Positions 32,285 to 46,380 of a DNA stretch of 50,631 nt are shown piece by piece. The stretch is from Chromera velia (lineage: Eukaryota): positions 1-50,631 of the forward strand of contig JAHBMJ010000309.1 in the NCBI GenBank assembly GCA_018398765.1, in the 5' to 3' direction. Position 1 is the first letter of the stretch. Each line of letters begins with the position of its first letter. The position numbers and the translations under genes are program-made. The notes below the pieces were generated by a model. The model was not told where the DNA came from, searched no databases, and worked only from the letters and a program-made list of their open reading frames with translations.

Positions 32285-33350
32285 TTGATTGTACGATCAA
32301 AAAGGATGCAGGCCGTGTTGAATGGCAAGCTTCTTTTATTCATGAGTCGCTTTGCCTACGTTTATGTCAAGGTGAATTTTGACTGAATCAGATTTGAATG
32401 GGTTTATTAATGGCCCCCTCCTCAACCAACGGCTAAAATGGGGTCTGAGTTTTCAGACAAATGGGCCGGTGTTCCCTGGATCAATTGTTAATATATCTGT
32501 ATATCTATGCTAGCATATATTGGGACGCGGTATGTATATTAAAAATCTCGATCATCATACTAGCTAGTAATATCTAAATATATGCTTTACATAGGAAATT
32601 TACCAAACGAACAGTTACGAACTACTGTTACCTAGAAGATTTGTTGATCAAGCATGCTCACTAGTAAAATCATTAATTGCCTAAATTGAATTCAATTGAA
32701 GTGTATGTATGGTATGATTTTATAGAATGTTAGAAAAATAAATAGAAACGTATGTCTACCAGTTACCACCAGTTATAGACTAGCTAACTGAACTAAAACC
32801 AGCTGGTTAAGACCTCTTCTATACAATTCTGCACAGACTGCACTTTAAAAAAATGTTGGTCTACTCGTCGTCTTCTGCGGCCCCGAAAATCTTGTTTCGT
32901 CGTCCTGTGCTAGAATTCCAGCCCCCTGGTCCTTCACACAATTAAGTTTTGTGCCCTTATTGCTGTATAGTCGTTTCAGCGCGCAGGGAGAGCGCAGGGT
33001 GCGTGAGCATGCAGACTTTTTTTCCTTTCTTTTTGTCTCTTAATTTTTTTGGAGCCATATATATGCATGCATGATGCATGCATGCAGGCTTGTATAGATC
33101 GAAACAGCAGGTCAGGCACTCATTCAAGTCCATTTGCAAGACTGCCGTCGAGTCAAGATGCTCTAACTATCCCTCATACCTGTCAGGTACCCACCCACAG
33201 CGTCGAAGCTTTGTTGAGCGCGGCTGTCCAAGTCAAAAAGAGCCGGGCTCTCTGTGCATTATTTGAACCTCGACAGTCAGCTTTGCAGACTGACTGTGAG
33301 AAGGTCCCCTGGATTGTGCACACTCCCACACGACTGAACTCAACTAAATC

Positions 33351-34704
33351 ATGGGAGAAGTTCTTGGAAAGCTGTTTATCGACCCTGCGTCCCTTGAGGG
33401 TGACTATGCATTCGTACAGGTACTTTTCCTTGGTGCCGTGTATGGATACATTCTCTTCTATGCTTCCAATCTGATCTCTTCGGGGAGCGAGCTTCTTCTC
33501 CTCGTGCCTTCTTTAGCAGGACTTGTAGGCTCTGTAGTACTTCCAATTCTCGGAGCAGTGCCTGATGGCGCGATTGTCCTCTTTTCCGGTATTGGAGAGA
33601 ACGCACAAGAGGAGTTGAAAGTGGGTGTGGGTGCACTGGCGGGGTCCACCATCATGCTCTTCACGATTCCTTGGTTCCTCTCCATCATGGGGGGCAGGGT
33701 GAATATCGAAAACGGCCAATGTACATATACCAAACCGGCAGGTGCCCCAGTAGGGTGGTCCAAGCTCTCCCCTCCAGGAAACTTCAGCCCGTGGAAGACG
33801 GGTGTGGAGTGCGAGGCGTCAATCGGAGTGAATGCCAAGATCGTGATGCTCACAGCTCTGAGCTATTTGATCATTCAGCTCCCTGCCTTCTACTCCTCAG
33901 GGGTCCCCGAATATGTGGCTCGAGATTTCCAGAACGGTTTCGCTCTTGCGGGCATGATCGTTACGTTCCTTGCCTTTGTTGCTTACCTGATCTACCAGGC
34001 AAGAGTGGCATCTCAGAGCAAAGTGGTGGAGGACAGGATCCTAGAGACCCAGAAGAGTGCCATTTCGAGTGGCAAACTGAATCTCAGAGGGGTGATGTAT
34101 GAAGTGTATAAGCTCAGCCAGAGAAGGGCAGCCAGAGACAACCGCACTGGACGGGAGGCCGCCCTCGTCCAACAACAGCAGAACCACCAGAAGAAACTGG
34201 AAGAGCTCCTCCGCCCCTTCTTCCTGCGACTTGATATGGACAACTCAGGACGCCTGGAGACCCATGAGGTCAGTTCATGCATTTATTTTCATACAGAATT
34301 CTTTTCCTTTTCATACAGAAGAGAAAAAAGATATGGACAACTCGGGACGCCTTGAGACCCATGAGGTCTGTCAAAAGAAAAGGAAGGAGAAGACAGGAGA
34401 AGAGAAGAGAAAAAAGAGGATATCGAAATGAACTAAATGAATTGAGAGCCCAAACTCGAATAGTCACGTCAGCACTCCCAATAGCTCCCTGGCCCTGAGT
34501 CCAAAAAAATGAAAGAGATCTAGGGAGATTTGCTAGAGAATTGAGAAGAGGGATTCATATGGGATAGAGGAGACGGAGAAGAAGGAAAGAGTTGTTGCAC
34601 AAGCAGGTAGGGAGAGTATGGGGGCGAGAGGGAAAGAAGAAGATCGAACGACAGAGAGGAAAAGAATCTGCTTAGGAACACCAGAGGATAAGGGGAGAGA
34701 GAGG

Positions 34705-34741
<37 letters not shown>

Positions 34742-34744
34742 AGG

Positions 34745-34782
<38 letters not shown>

Positions 34783-36386
34783 GGCAGACAGACAGGCAGA
34801 GATACAGGGGGAGGAGGGAGAGAGGGAGGGAGATTACGTACTATCAATTCGTAAAACAGAGCGGTCCCGTGTGTCTTTCCGTTCCGCGATGCTCGAAATT
34901 GTCTTTTTAATGTTGCCTCTTTTTCGCTCCTCTATATGCTTTGCCTCCAAAGTACGAGGTTTCTATGGTAGACTGTCGATGCTTTCGTACTTGCTTGGGA
35001 GAGATTCTGGAAATATTCGACCAAAGGGTGGTTGCTGTATTCTATCCATTCTGCACGCATGATTCCGATCTCGGGAGGGGAGTTTCAAATGCACACACAT
35101 GAATGAACCTCTACATCCATACACGTAAATTAACGCGGCATGCACACAATCATAGAATACACATCCCTATCCACATGCACAACCCAATGCGTGTATGCGA
35201 GGTTGCAGATCCGCCGCATCTTCCACGTCCTCGGAGAGAGGCCCTCCCCCGCCGAGCTCTCTGCCTTCTTCGAGAAGTGCGACAGGGACAAGTCTGGTGC
35301 TGTGGACTTCAACGAGTTCGTCTCTGCAATGGAGGACTTTGTCCTGCAGCGCTCCGACGTATTTGCCCAAGAGCCGTCTCCAGAAGCTCTCGAACAGGGG
35401 ATGTCGATGGAGTCACCTCCGGAGTCTCCCTCAAGAACTGTGCGCGGGCTCGCACAGCAGCCCGAGTCCGAGGCTGCGGCCCCCACTGCGGCAGAGCCAG
35501 AAGGAGAGGAAGAGGATGACGAGACGGAGGAGGAGGAAATTCCGGAAGATCTCGCTCATCTGTCCCCAGAACAGCAGCAGACCCGGATCAAGATGAGGGC
35601 CTTTTACCAGATGGGTTTGGGCACTGCGCTTGTGCTCCTCTTCAGTGACCCTATGGTCTCTGTCATGTCAAATGTGGGCACGAGGACGGGTATTAGCAGT
35701 TTCTACATCTCGTTCATCCTGGCTCCTTTGGCTTCAAACGCTTCCGAGGTCGGTCTGTTTGTTCGTCGGCAAATGTGTTTCTGTGATGCTGCAACATCTG
35801 GTCCTTGTTTTGCTTTCTTTTTAGTGGGTGTTCCTCCTATGCACTCAGTACAGAAGAATGAACGTCCTTCTTCCGTCTCCCTAACGCACCCAAGGATGTA
35901 AATACCTGACACACTGTGAGTATTGCTGTGAGAGCATCGCACTGCACAGAGCAACCGTAACAAGTCTTGTGAGTTCCGTACGTTGGGTTTTCGTCAATTC
36001 TGCGTGACCAAATTTCTTGGATGTTGCTCACATTTTGTGAGAAACGATCTCTCCATGTCTCTACGTACGAGCAGGTGATTGCCTCGTACAACTACGCCCT
36101 GAAGAAGACCCGGAAGACGATCACCATCTCCTTTGCCGCTCTGGAGGGTGCAGCGTCGATGAACAACACCTTCTGTCTGTTTGTGTTCCTGACTCTGATC
36201 TACATCCAAAAGCTGACTTGGCAATTCTCTGCCGAGACCATGGCCATCCTTTTGGTCGAAGTGATCATGTCCCTGGTTGCCCTTCGCAGAGTGCACAGAC
36301 TGGGAGACGGCATGCTGGTACTGACCCTGTACCCTCTGTCCATTTTCATCGTATGGGCACTCGAGAATTGGTTTGGGTGGGACTGA
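33351..36386 (+). CDS. Na+/Ca2+ exchanger-like protein with EF-hands (NCL/EFCAX, CaCA superfamily), 589 aa
   Basis: Exons 33351-34268, 35209-35748, 36075-36386 (phase 0). ISSGSELLL, VLPILGAVPDGAIV, VGVGALAGSTIML (alpha-1 region); FILAPLASNASE and GAASMNNT (alpha-2 region); EF loops DMDNSGRLETHE and DRDKSGAVDFNE. Confidence 0.92.
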
Positions 36387-37164
36387 ACGGACGGGGTTTT
36401 GTTTGGGGGGGGGGAGTGAGTTGACTTTATGCTGACTTCGTCCTTATACAAACCGGAGGAAGAAGAGGATCTGTGTTCACAAGCCCGCTCTTCTTCTCCC
36501 TGTCTGCTTGCGAAGATCTGCACACCTTCTTCACTGAGCACAAGAAAAAAGGAGAAAGGAGAAAGGCAAGGTAAGGAACAACGAAAGCAAAGCTGTGAAG
36601 GAAATTGACATGAAGACTTCGATCATGCGACAAAAAGGAGTGAATGAATCACACTCACTCATACATCCATGTAGGAAGCACATTCAATGCATGTATACAT
36701 TATGCGGAGAGAAGCCTCTCTCTCACCTTGGCGGAGATGTCGTCTGGCTCTATCTCGTTGATCGTCCGAGTCAGAAGGCATGTCCTCCCTTTTTTCAGCT
36801 TTTTGTGCCACTGGTCGATCACCCTGTTTGTATCTTTGTTGACAGCTTGCCTGATTCAGAGAACCTCAAGGAAGGTAAACAAAGACGTAAATATCTTTCC
36901 ATTCTTCATAACATTCTTCTCATCAGGAAATCAAATCTTTCTCTCATGACCCTCCGACAATCTGTCACAGTATGGATCGACTCGGATGGACAAGCAGCAA
37001 AGAGGCAAGTAAACAATTAATCCAACGTACTTGACATACATGTGAACGCAGTATGCAGTTGTATATATGAAGGTTTCTGGCCGTTGTTGTTTAGTACGAC
37101 ATGCCCCAGGACCTAGCCCAAGACAAGAGATGACAACCTAGCCGCAAAAATATATAATCATGAA

Positions 37165-37195
<31 letters not shown>

Positions 37196-37958
37196 CTATA
37201 GTTATACTCAATCTAAATGTATTCAGAAATGTATTCAGGAATGTTATTGGCTTATTGCCAGTACCATGACTTCAAGTTTATTGCGATGACTTTATAAATA
37301 TTATATTTGGTATTTGGCAGTATTTGGCAGCGACTTTAGCTTGGTATGACCTGTTGCGACTTCAAGTTTATCCTAGACTCGGACCTAGATCTTGTGATAA
37401 CAACGTCGTTTTTTATACCCTCATTTTTGGTGAAACGTATATATAACTACTACAGGTATATAATCGGCTGTTTTTGTATACTCTGTCAGACTAGCCCTGA
37501 CCGAATGCTAGTGGTTGGCTTAGGCAAGCCTCTTTCTACATTTCTAACTGTATAGAAAACTTTGAAAACCAGTTTGAAAAGTACGAAACCTAATGCGAAA
37601 CCTATTCCCAAAACATATATGTGTAACATAATATGTGTTTCTAGATTTGTTTTTAAAACGTTAAAAAAAAATCACTATTAGAATGATCAAACGTAACAAT
37701 CATGCAGAGTTGATGCTACGTGACTACGTCTAGCGCTACGTTTTTTTTAGAAACACAAAAGTTTGTAAATTATAATTAAAAGTCATTCAGAAACCATGGC
37801 ATCTAGCACTGCATCATAGCTGCCAGTGTGAAAGATATTTTTACTGCAGAATTTGTGTGTTTTACAGAAACGGAGTCGACACTACAGAGTAGCAACAAAA
37901 AATAGTTCTATCGATTTGCGGACAAGTGAATCTGCATGAGTAAATTTCATCTAAAAAC

Positions 37959-38314
37959 TTACAAAATTGGGAGTTCTTGAGGGTCAACGTCCAACGAGTT
38001 TGGGGCCGGTTGAACAGAAGTCCCTTTCACAAGTGCATACTCCTCTGTCAAAGCCAGCTGCTCAGCGAAGGCCTTTCGACGCTCCTCTTCGACAATCCCA
38101 AGAACCTGCACAGCCGTTCATCCAACGATGGACTCGCTCACACACTTATTCAATCCGTGGCCCACTGATTCGTAATTCAATCCACCCACCCATCCATCAA
38201 ACGAACAACACATCCGCACATGAATTTATTTGTTTAGCAATGGATTGCCGCAACCAAATCAGAAGTTCAATCTGTAGACACCCCTCAGACATCAACTCCA
38301 CGGAATCAAAAAAG

Positions 38315-38354
<40 letters not shown>

Positions 38355-38447
38355 CGGACACACACTCACCCACACGCACACACGCACACACGCACATACG
38401 CACACACGGACACACGGACACACGGACACACGGACACACGGACACAC

Positions 38448-38484
<37 letters not shown>

Positions 38485-38577
38485 GTCATCCTAACACACA
38501 CACACACACACACTCACAGTCATCCTAACACACACACTCACACTTGCACTCACTCTCAGCACTCTCACCACTCTCAT

Positions 38578-38612
<35 letters not shown>

Positions 38613-38661
38613 AACACACGCACACAAATGAACACGAAGCGACACAAGAACACACACACGA

Positions 38662-38700
<39 letters not shown>

Positions 38701-38746
38701 AAAACGAGGCGACACAAGAACACACACACGAACGTACACAAACACA

Positions 38747-38784
<38 letters not shown>

Positions 38785-38835
38785 ACGAAAACGAAGCGAC
38801 ACAAAAACACACACACGAACGCACACAAACACACT

Positions 38836-38876
<41 letters not shown>

Positions 38877-38949
38877 CGCACACAAACACACTACACACAC
38901 ACACAGAGAGAGAGAGAGAGACACAGACACAGACACAGACACACATACA

Positions 38950-38986
<37 letters not shown>

Positions 38987-39567
38987 AGAGAGAGAAAGAG
39001 AGACTGGCCTCTTCTGTCCCAATCCCCAGTTGTCTCAGAACAGCTGCGGCCAGCTCCTCGGAGTGCAGAGTCGGAACGAAGGACTCAACTCCGAATTTCG
39101 ATCTGAACCGAGCGCTGCATCTTGCAAGTCAATATTCCCCAGAAAAGGGAACGGAAGAGGGTCAGAAAAGGGTCGACAAAGGGCAGCATGCAGTGCCACA
39201 CATTCATTGACTTTTCACCTCACAAATTGAGGACCGGTGACACAGGTTGGTGGCTCACCCTCACTTCGCCCATTGCCTCCTTCGTGCAACTTTCAGAAAT
39301 GTCAGAAGCAGCCGCAAAGGAGAGGGGAGAAGACTCTAAAAGAGGGAAAGCAAAATGACATGCTCAATCGAGAGACTGACACACACGTTGTGAGCACAAC
39401 TGACGCTTGAGCTTTGTTCTTTGCACGCACGAAGATCGGCAAGTCGGGTCGCGCCTTCCTGCACACAGACAGACAGACAGACAGACAGACAGATGGACAG
39501 ACAGACTATATCGTCTTTTCTTTCCCTTTTTCTCCTTCTTCATTCTCTTCAGACAGACAGACAGACA

Positions 39568-39602
<35 letters not shown>

Positions 39603-40622
39603 GGGGGGGGNGGGGGATGGGGGGCAGTCACATGGACGCAAAGGCACTTCGAACGCGAAATTGATTCCTCTCCAAATGGAGTTGTACCCCAACCCCCCCA
39701 GAAAAAAACCACACATTGTCAAGCCGGAGCACTGTCGTTGACATCCAAAGAAATCCATGAATACACAATCGCGACTACTCGTAAACACTGAAGCCCCGGT
39801 CTCTCCTTGTATGAACTTTAGGAAGATGGCGGCATGCACACACAACACACGTGCATGCATACATAAAAGCTTTGCTGTTTACCTGAGCGTTCGGAGTGCG
39901 CCCTCTGTTGCCCGAGTGTCGTCGATTGTGAACACAACAGCTCGAGCGTTTTCGACTGCACCCAGAATCCATCAAGAACGAAGGGGAACAGCAACATCGC
40001 CCGAGTCCGGAGGGGACACTCAAAGGGTTCTCATATAAGTGGCAGTCAAAATAGCTAAGATCAATTCCATCGCAGATTGTACAGATAGGGGCTTGCACAG
40101 CAAAACGTCATGTAGTGTGTGAGCAGACCACACACGGAAAGCACAAATTTGGAGGCGCTGCTGGTTTGAAAGAGAGAGAGAGAGAGGACGGTTGCGCGGC
40201 ACAGACAGGGAAAAATGGTACGAGGGCCCAAGTGAGGGAGAGGTTCCTTACACGCAGAAACACGGAGAAATGGGGGGATGCGAACGAGCGACACAAAATA
40301 GGAAGAAGAGAATGGAAACAGAAGAAGAACCAAGCGCACCGCTCGTCTTCTGTCTTGACTTTCTCCTCCTTTTTCTGTGTGGACACGCTGACTGACTGAC
40401 TGACTGACTGACTCTTCATCAGAGAGAACAAAAGAGGAGACCTGGCATCGCCAAACCAAACCGGCTGGCCCTGCAACAGACCAAAGATGCAGAGGTGAGA
40501 CAAAAGGTAGACAAAAGGCGTATGGACAGTCCCCAAAAGGAGATCCGACAGACCGACAGACAGACTATATACATTCTTGTTTTCTCTTTTCAGACAGACA
40601 GAGTATATGCTTCTTCTTCTCC

Positions 40623-40659
<37 letters not shown>

Positions 40660-42351
40660 AAAACACACGAAAATGCAGCCACTCTATGACAGCACGAGCA
40701 CGTCCAACGACAACCACACGGTCATGCAAAAGATGGGCCAACCCTTCATCTGAAGGAAGCTTGGCAGGACAGGGGCACAGATACAGACCCGCGCCCTTGC
40801 TATAGTGTTCTTGGTCCATCCCCAGCTGAAATGGAGAGAGAAGCCATCACCACTTCATCCCTTTCTTTTCTGCTTCATTCGTTTCCATTTCTCTCCCTTC
40901 TCTCCCCTCTGCATGCAGACCTTCGCCCTCTGTCCCTCTGCAGTGTCTGCGTTATTGTCGAACGCCACATGCTTGATCAGTTTCCTGCTCTCATATCATC
41001 TCGTGCATCCAGAAGAAGATATTAACCAACAACACGGAAAAACTCGAGCTCCAAAGATTCAAGTGCAGAGATCCACTAGAGGGCATGATCAGAGACAACG
41101 CATGCAGAAAGAAGCGCGAAAAGACAGGGAGTCTCTTTACGCATAAAGGACAGACAGAGTGAGGGGACGACTCAACGGAAAAAGTCAGAACAGGAAAAAC
41201 TCATGGCATGAGGCACACAGACTGTTCGCGCAAGATCGGGCTCCCCCAACTTGACCACACCCACCCTCAACAAGACCCCACACACCCCCATGCAATCTGC
41301 ACACCCAAGCGAGCAACCAACGTACTTCCCAAGCATGCCGCAGACGGTCCTTCCGACGCGGCCGTATCCGACCACCGCGACGTATCCCTCGGGCCGGGCT
41401 GTGATCTCTGCCATTTCGGGGTCTGCACGCACGCAAGATTAGGGGACGAAAGAAGGATAGGAACAGATCAAAAGAGATCGCCTTTTGAGGTTTGCGTGTT
41501 CGCGAGCTTTTTCAAAGAAGGGGGAGAGAAAAACGAGAAGAAACAAATAAATAAAGGTCGAAGAAATGACAAGCGAATCACGGAAGAGAAGCAAAAAGAG
41601 TCAAGTAACTGCAACGCAGAGACTTCTTCTGAGGAAAAATCAATCATCTACTGCAGTCCATGCACGCAGAAAGCCAAAAAACGGACTTCATGTCTGTGTG
41701 ATTCCTTCAAGGCACTCACCTTCTTCGGGTCCTGCCATTTGCTCCTCTTTCTGTTTCTGCTTCTCCGTCTCCTTCACAGACCCCCTCTTGACCAATCCCT
41801 TCACCGTCTCCACGGCATCAGCCAAGAAAGGGGTCAGCATCATAGAGAGGGCCGTCGCAGTCAGGAGCACACGGGAGACCTCGCCTCCCATGATGCCGAG
41901 ACGCTGTGCAAGGCCGAGAGCGACAAACGCAAATTCTCCACCTGCAGATGGAATTGATGCAGAGAGACAGAATGAACTAAGAAAGATAGAAGAAAGAAAG
42001 TTTCTCTCACTCTCTCGGTCTCATGCAGCGACATGGAATCTTTCGCTTCACAACTTCTCCGGGAAGAGCAGACGAGCTGACCAATCTCGCAAAATCTCTG
42101 CCTTATTCTCACATAACACACCGTGCAGTACTGTCCTCTAGATTGAGTCAGCCAACAGCATCTGCCGTCACCCGATCCATGCATCAGATCATCATCCAAT
42201 CGACCGACCCACAGACCTACCCACCCTGTGCAAGAATCAGTCCCGTCTTTGCGGCCTGCAGCTTGTTCAAACCGAAGCACAGGCCCAGGTAGAAGGTCAC
42301 CAGCGCCTTCCCAGTGACCAGAGCAGTCAGGGATTTCAAAACCGGCCCCAG

Positions 42352-42392
<41 letters not shown>

Positions 42393-44528
42393 CGTCATGA
42401 ATTGGGCGCTCTCCAACTCCCTCGTCTCTCTCTGTTTCCCTCTCTGTTTCTTCCTCTTTATAACTCTCTCTTCCTCGCAGCTTCCCACTCACACCGACCC
42501 TTTACACTCTCTCTTTTCCCTGCTCCAAGACACACCAACAAATGAAAGCAGAGACACCCTACCGCTCCAGCCACGGACCTCTGTCTGATGAAGAACGGGT
42601 CAATCACGAAGCCCATCGAGAAGAAGAAAAGACCGAGGCCGAGACCACGGAAGGGGCCCACTGCAGCCCCCACCTGATATCTGCACGCACAAACAGTTCG
42701 CAGACACACAGAAACAAGCAGACAGACAGATGAACAGTCAATGCCCGCACGTATGGGAGCACACGCCGAGGCAAAAAGCAAGACAGACCAGCTTGGAAAG
42801 GACGGACGAGGTCGCCTGCACATTTGCACACACTGAGACAGAAATGTACGCATAGAAGATCGTCAGGGCTACTCTCGAAATGCCTTTTTGGAACAGAGGC
42901 TCTCTTCCATTTGCTCCGTTCTCTTCTGAATTTCATTCTTCGAGATGAGGTTCAACATGACAGTTTCAACTGCTCACTTGAATTTGGTCTCTGAGATCAG
43001 AACCCCTGCGAGAAAGGCCCCAAGGGTGTTGGAGAGTCCGACTGTCTCCGTGGCAGTGGCTGTGAAGAGAACGACAGACAGGACAGCAGCGATGAACGCC
43101 TCCTGAGAAGCAGACGCCGCGCTGCACGTCATGACACCGAAAGAAAAGGCAACGAAACGAATTATGTAATATCAATATGTGTGAGAAGATCATCCAAACA
43201 TCCAGAGGCGTACCAAAGGACGCAGAGAGAACCAGACGAGTGAGAGCGCCTGCAAGAATGGGCTCAGTCTAGTACCGTGTGCGTGAGGCAGACAGAGCAT
43301 GTACTCTTTTCACGAACCCGGCCCCCGACCCCTTCCTCCCTGCTCCCCGAAAGAAAAACGACTACGAAAACGCAGCAGAAAGAAATCCACTCACACTCGT
43401 GTGAGAAGAGGGTCCAAAATTCGTTTTCCGAGAACGTAGATTGTTCCCAGTGCCGCCACCCCCTTTGCACCTGCCAGGGCGAGAGCATACGCTAGCCCCG
43501 AGCCCCCCTGGCCCAAAATCTGGATCACCACCAGCAGGGGGACCACAGCAAGGTCCTGTAAAGAAAGAGGGGGGGGTGAAGCAAAGCGAAAGAAGCAAAA
43601 GCTCATTGAAGAGAGGAAGCTGTAACGTACTCACCATTACAAAAGACAAGAAAAGGCCGAAGAGTCATATGCCGGGGCCATATGTATTGCAGAAGGAACT
43701 CAGCACAGAACTCGCAGCCAAATAGTCAAATTCACGGGGGGGGCGAGATTGGCATCCTCCGTGCCTAGGGGAGTGATCTATGAAAGGTCCATGTGACACC
43801 AAGTGTGCTGACCTGAAAAAGAAGTACACCGAGCGAGGCTCGCCCGTACCTTGTGCTCAGCTCGTCCTGAAGGGGGCAGAAGGGGAGGAGGGCGGAGAAT
43901 AAGAGAAATCCACGTGTCGATATGCAGACAAAAGGTAGGAAGAAGACAGGAACGCAAAAGGCAATGAACATTCAAGAAAAAACGCTCAGCAAGACACACA
44001 ACCCTATTGTAAGGCAGAAAGGACCGGTGGATTTCCCAAGATGCCTTTTCTCTTGCCACCCCCTCGCGCCTCCCGAACTTACCCGATTTCTGAGCAATTG
44101 CAGCACAAAGGCGCTAGAGGAGAGTGCCATGCTTCCTCCAATCACCACCCTTGCTGCAGGGGAGAGCCCAGCCGAGTGGAGGAAGGGGAGCGAGAGGAGG
44201 GCCATTGCAATCAAAGCCGTCAGACCAACCTGCAAATTTAAATGGCAGTCGCAGGCATTGCGCATGCACACGAGAAGAAGAACAACAATACACAGACAAG
44301 ACTCAAGAAAAACATGCCAGAAAGGGAGTCAGAAAGCAAGACGGGGACACGAAGACGAAAACACAGAGGGAGACGAGATGTGTGGCAGAGCTAGATCCGG
44401 TAGGTCACACGCTGAAATCCAGACTACCAAACACAGAACGCACGCCTTGATTCAGAATCAGACAGACCGTTTGATTTTCTGATTCATGTACCCGCCTCCG
44501 GGTTTGTACATTGACGTATCATCCGAGG

Positions 44529-44592
<64 letters not shown>

Positions 44593-46380
44593 AAGAAAGA
44601 AAGAAAAGAAAGAAAGAAAGAAAGAAAGAAAAAAGAAAAGCCCTCACTGACTGACTTGAGAAGCCCCCAAGAGCACGTCATTCCTCATGGGTCCAAATAG
44701 GGTCTCTAGAGAGAGCTCAAGTCCCATCTCGAAAAGAAAAAACTCGATTCCGATCTCAGCAAGTTCCTCCAACCCGTGCACCTCAGACAAAACGCTAAGT
44801 CCATGAGGGCCTAGCAGCGCCCCCCCGAGCATGAACCCGACCTCCTTCGAAATCCGGAGCCTGATATGGAGGGGGGGGGTTCAGGCATATTCTGTATTCA
44901 CAGTCGTTCCTCCTGAATGGGTCGGCATTTCTCTACCGAAGAAAAGGAAAAGAAAGGGCGGACTCACTCACAGCGGAAGAAGAAGAAGAAGAAGAAGAAG
45001 AAGAAGAAGGGAAGAAAAGGGAAAAGACCGAGGCTTTACTCCTCGACGCAACTGGGACGCGACACGATGAACACAGGGGAAGAGAAAAGAAGTGAGAAGC
45101 ACCGAGAAGAGTGTTCCCATAAGAACAGTCAGGCTTCGCATCATCACAGAAGAAAAGAAAAACCCCTGCAGTCTGGATGAGCACGACCCAAGCAACTGAG
45201 AATCGCACACCGGACGGCGCAAGCGAATGAAACATTGTCCATAGAAGCAGTCTCTCTTCCCTCTACCCGGCTGACTTGTTCATCACCACCGTCATTGCTG
45301 CTGCGCTTGTGAGGAGCGTCAGGGCGTCTCTCCTTGACCCATGGACGTGACAGACTGCACTCGACACAGCGCCAGGCAGACCCCCCACGCTGCTTGCCAG
45401 ACGGTCTCTCCAGGAGGTTTGAAGCAGAACCAACAGAGAGAGAGCCGCCCCGACGACAGTCAAAAAACCGCCTGCCACCAGTGTCCCCTGCGGACCTTGC
45501 AGACTCGCACGGAGCTTTCCAGCCAAGTCCTGCGTGCATGAGAGAGAGGGGGGGGAGGGAGAGTGGGAGAGAGGAGAACGATTGAAACACGCAACGCAAC
45601 ACGAAAGAGGACGTTCTAAAAGATGGTTTCCTCATCCATTTCACAGTAGACAAAGATCCAATTCGTAACGCGCTTCAACCAGAGACTCTTTCCTCGTGTC
45701 GGAAGGCAACCATGCCCAAACACGCCGGATTGTCTTCCAGTAAGTGGGGAAAGGAAGCAATCAAGAAAACCCTGCGAGGCGGACAGCACTCACTCAAAGC
45801 AGACTAAATGCACACACACCCAAGAGGCCAAAAATCATCCCATCTTTTTGACTCCTCTCAAGTTCTGGAAGAGAAAGCACGAGGTCAGTCAAAAAGACTA
45901 AAAGAGAATGCGAAGCTAACATCAGCTAACCTGCGGGACAGATGCAGTCACGGCCCCAGTCGAAGCTGAAGAGGCAGTCACACTTTCTGTTCCTCCACCT
46001 TCGCCTACTGATTCTCTCCCCACGCCTTCGACTGCCTTGAGAGATGCCAAGACCTGTGCGCACTTCCGGAGACGCCACTGTGAGACTACCTCACTTGGCA
46101 GACGCAGCAACTCCCGTCTCCGCGTCTCCCGTCTCTGACGTCTCGCCAAGGACCGCTCTCTCGAATGACGCCCTTCAAAGAGCGGGACATAACAAAGACC
46201 CGCAGCAGAGACGCTCCGCGATTGAGAATTTCTCTGGGCCTTCACATGCATTTCCCTTGGACGCGAGGAGACGGTTTGGAGTCGATTGTGGCAAAGTGCA
46301 ACAGTTCCAAGGAGCAGCGCCACCAAGGCAGGAAAGAACAGGCCATGATGACTGCCTCTGGGACACAAAGGTCCCCGCAT
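37959..46380 (-). CDS. KEA3-like K+/H+ (CPA2/KefC family) antiporter with C-terminal KTN domain and bipartite plastid-targeting leader
   Basis: Exons include 45931-46380, 45276-45529, 44656-44860, 44083-44229, 43813-43866, ~43397-43555, several more, ~39009-39112 and 37959-38105. Motifs [103 protein letters not shown]. One small exon in the KTN domain is unresolved. Confidence 0.88.
38315..39002. repeat. compound (CA)n/(GA)n/(CACACGGA)n array with higher-order units in the last KEA intron
   Basis: Directly visible; AAACGAAAACGAGGCGACACAAGAACACACACACGAACG-like units recur three times between CA runs. Confidence 0.9.
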
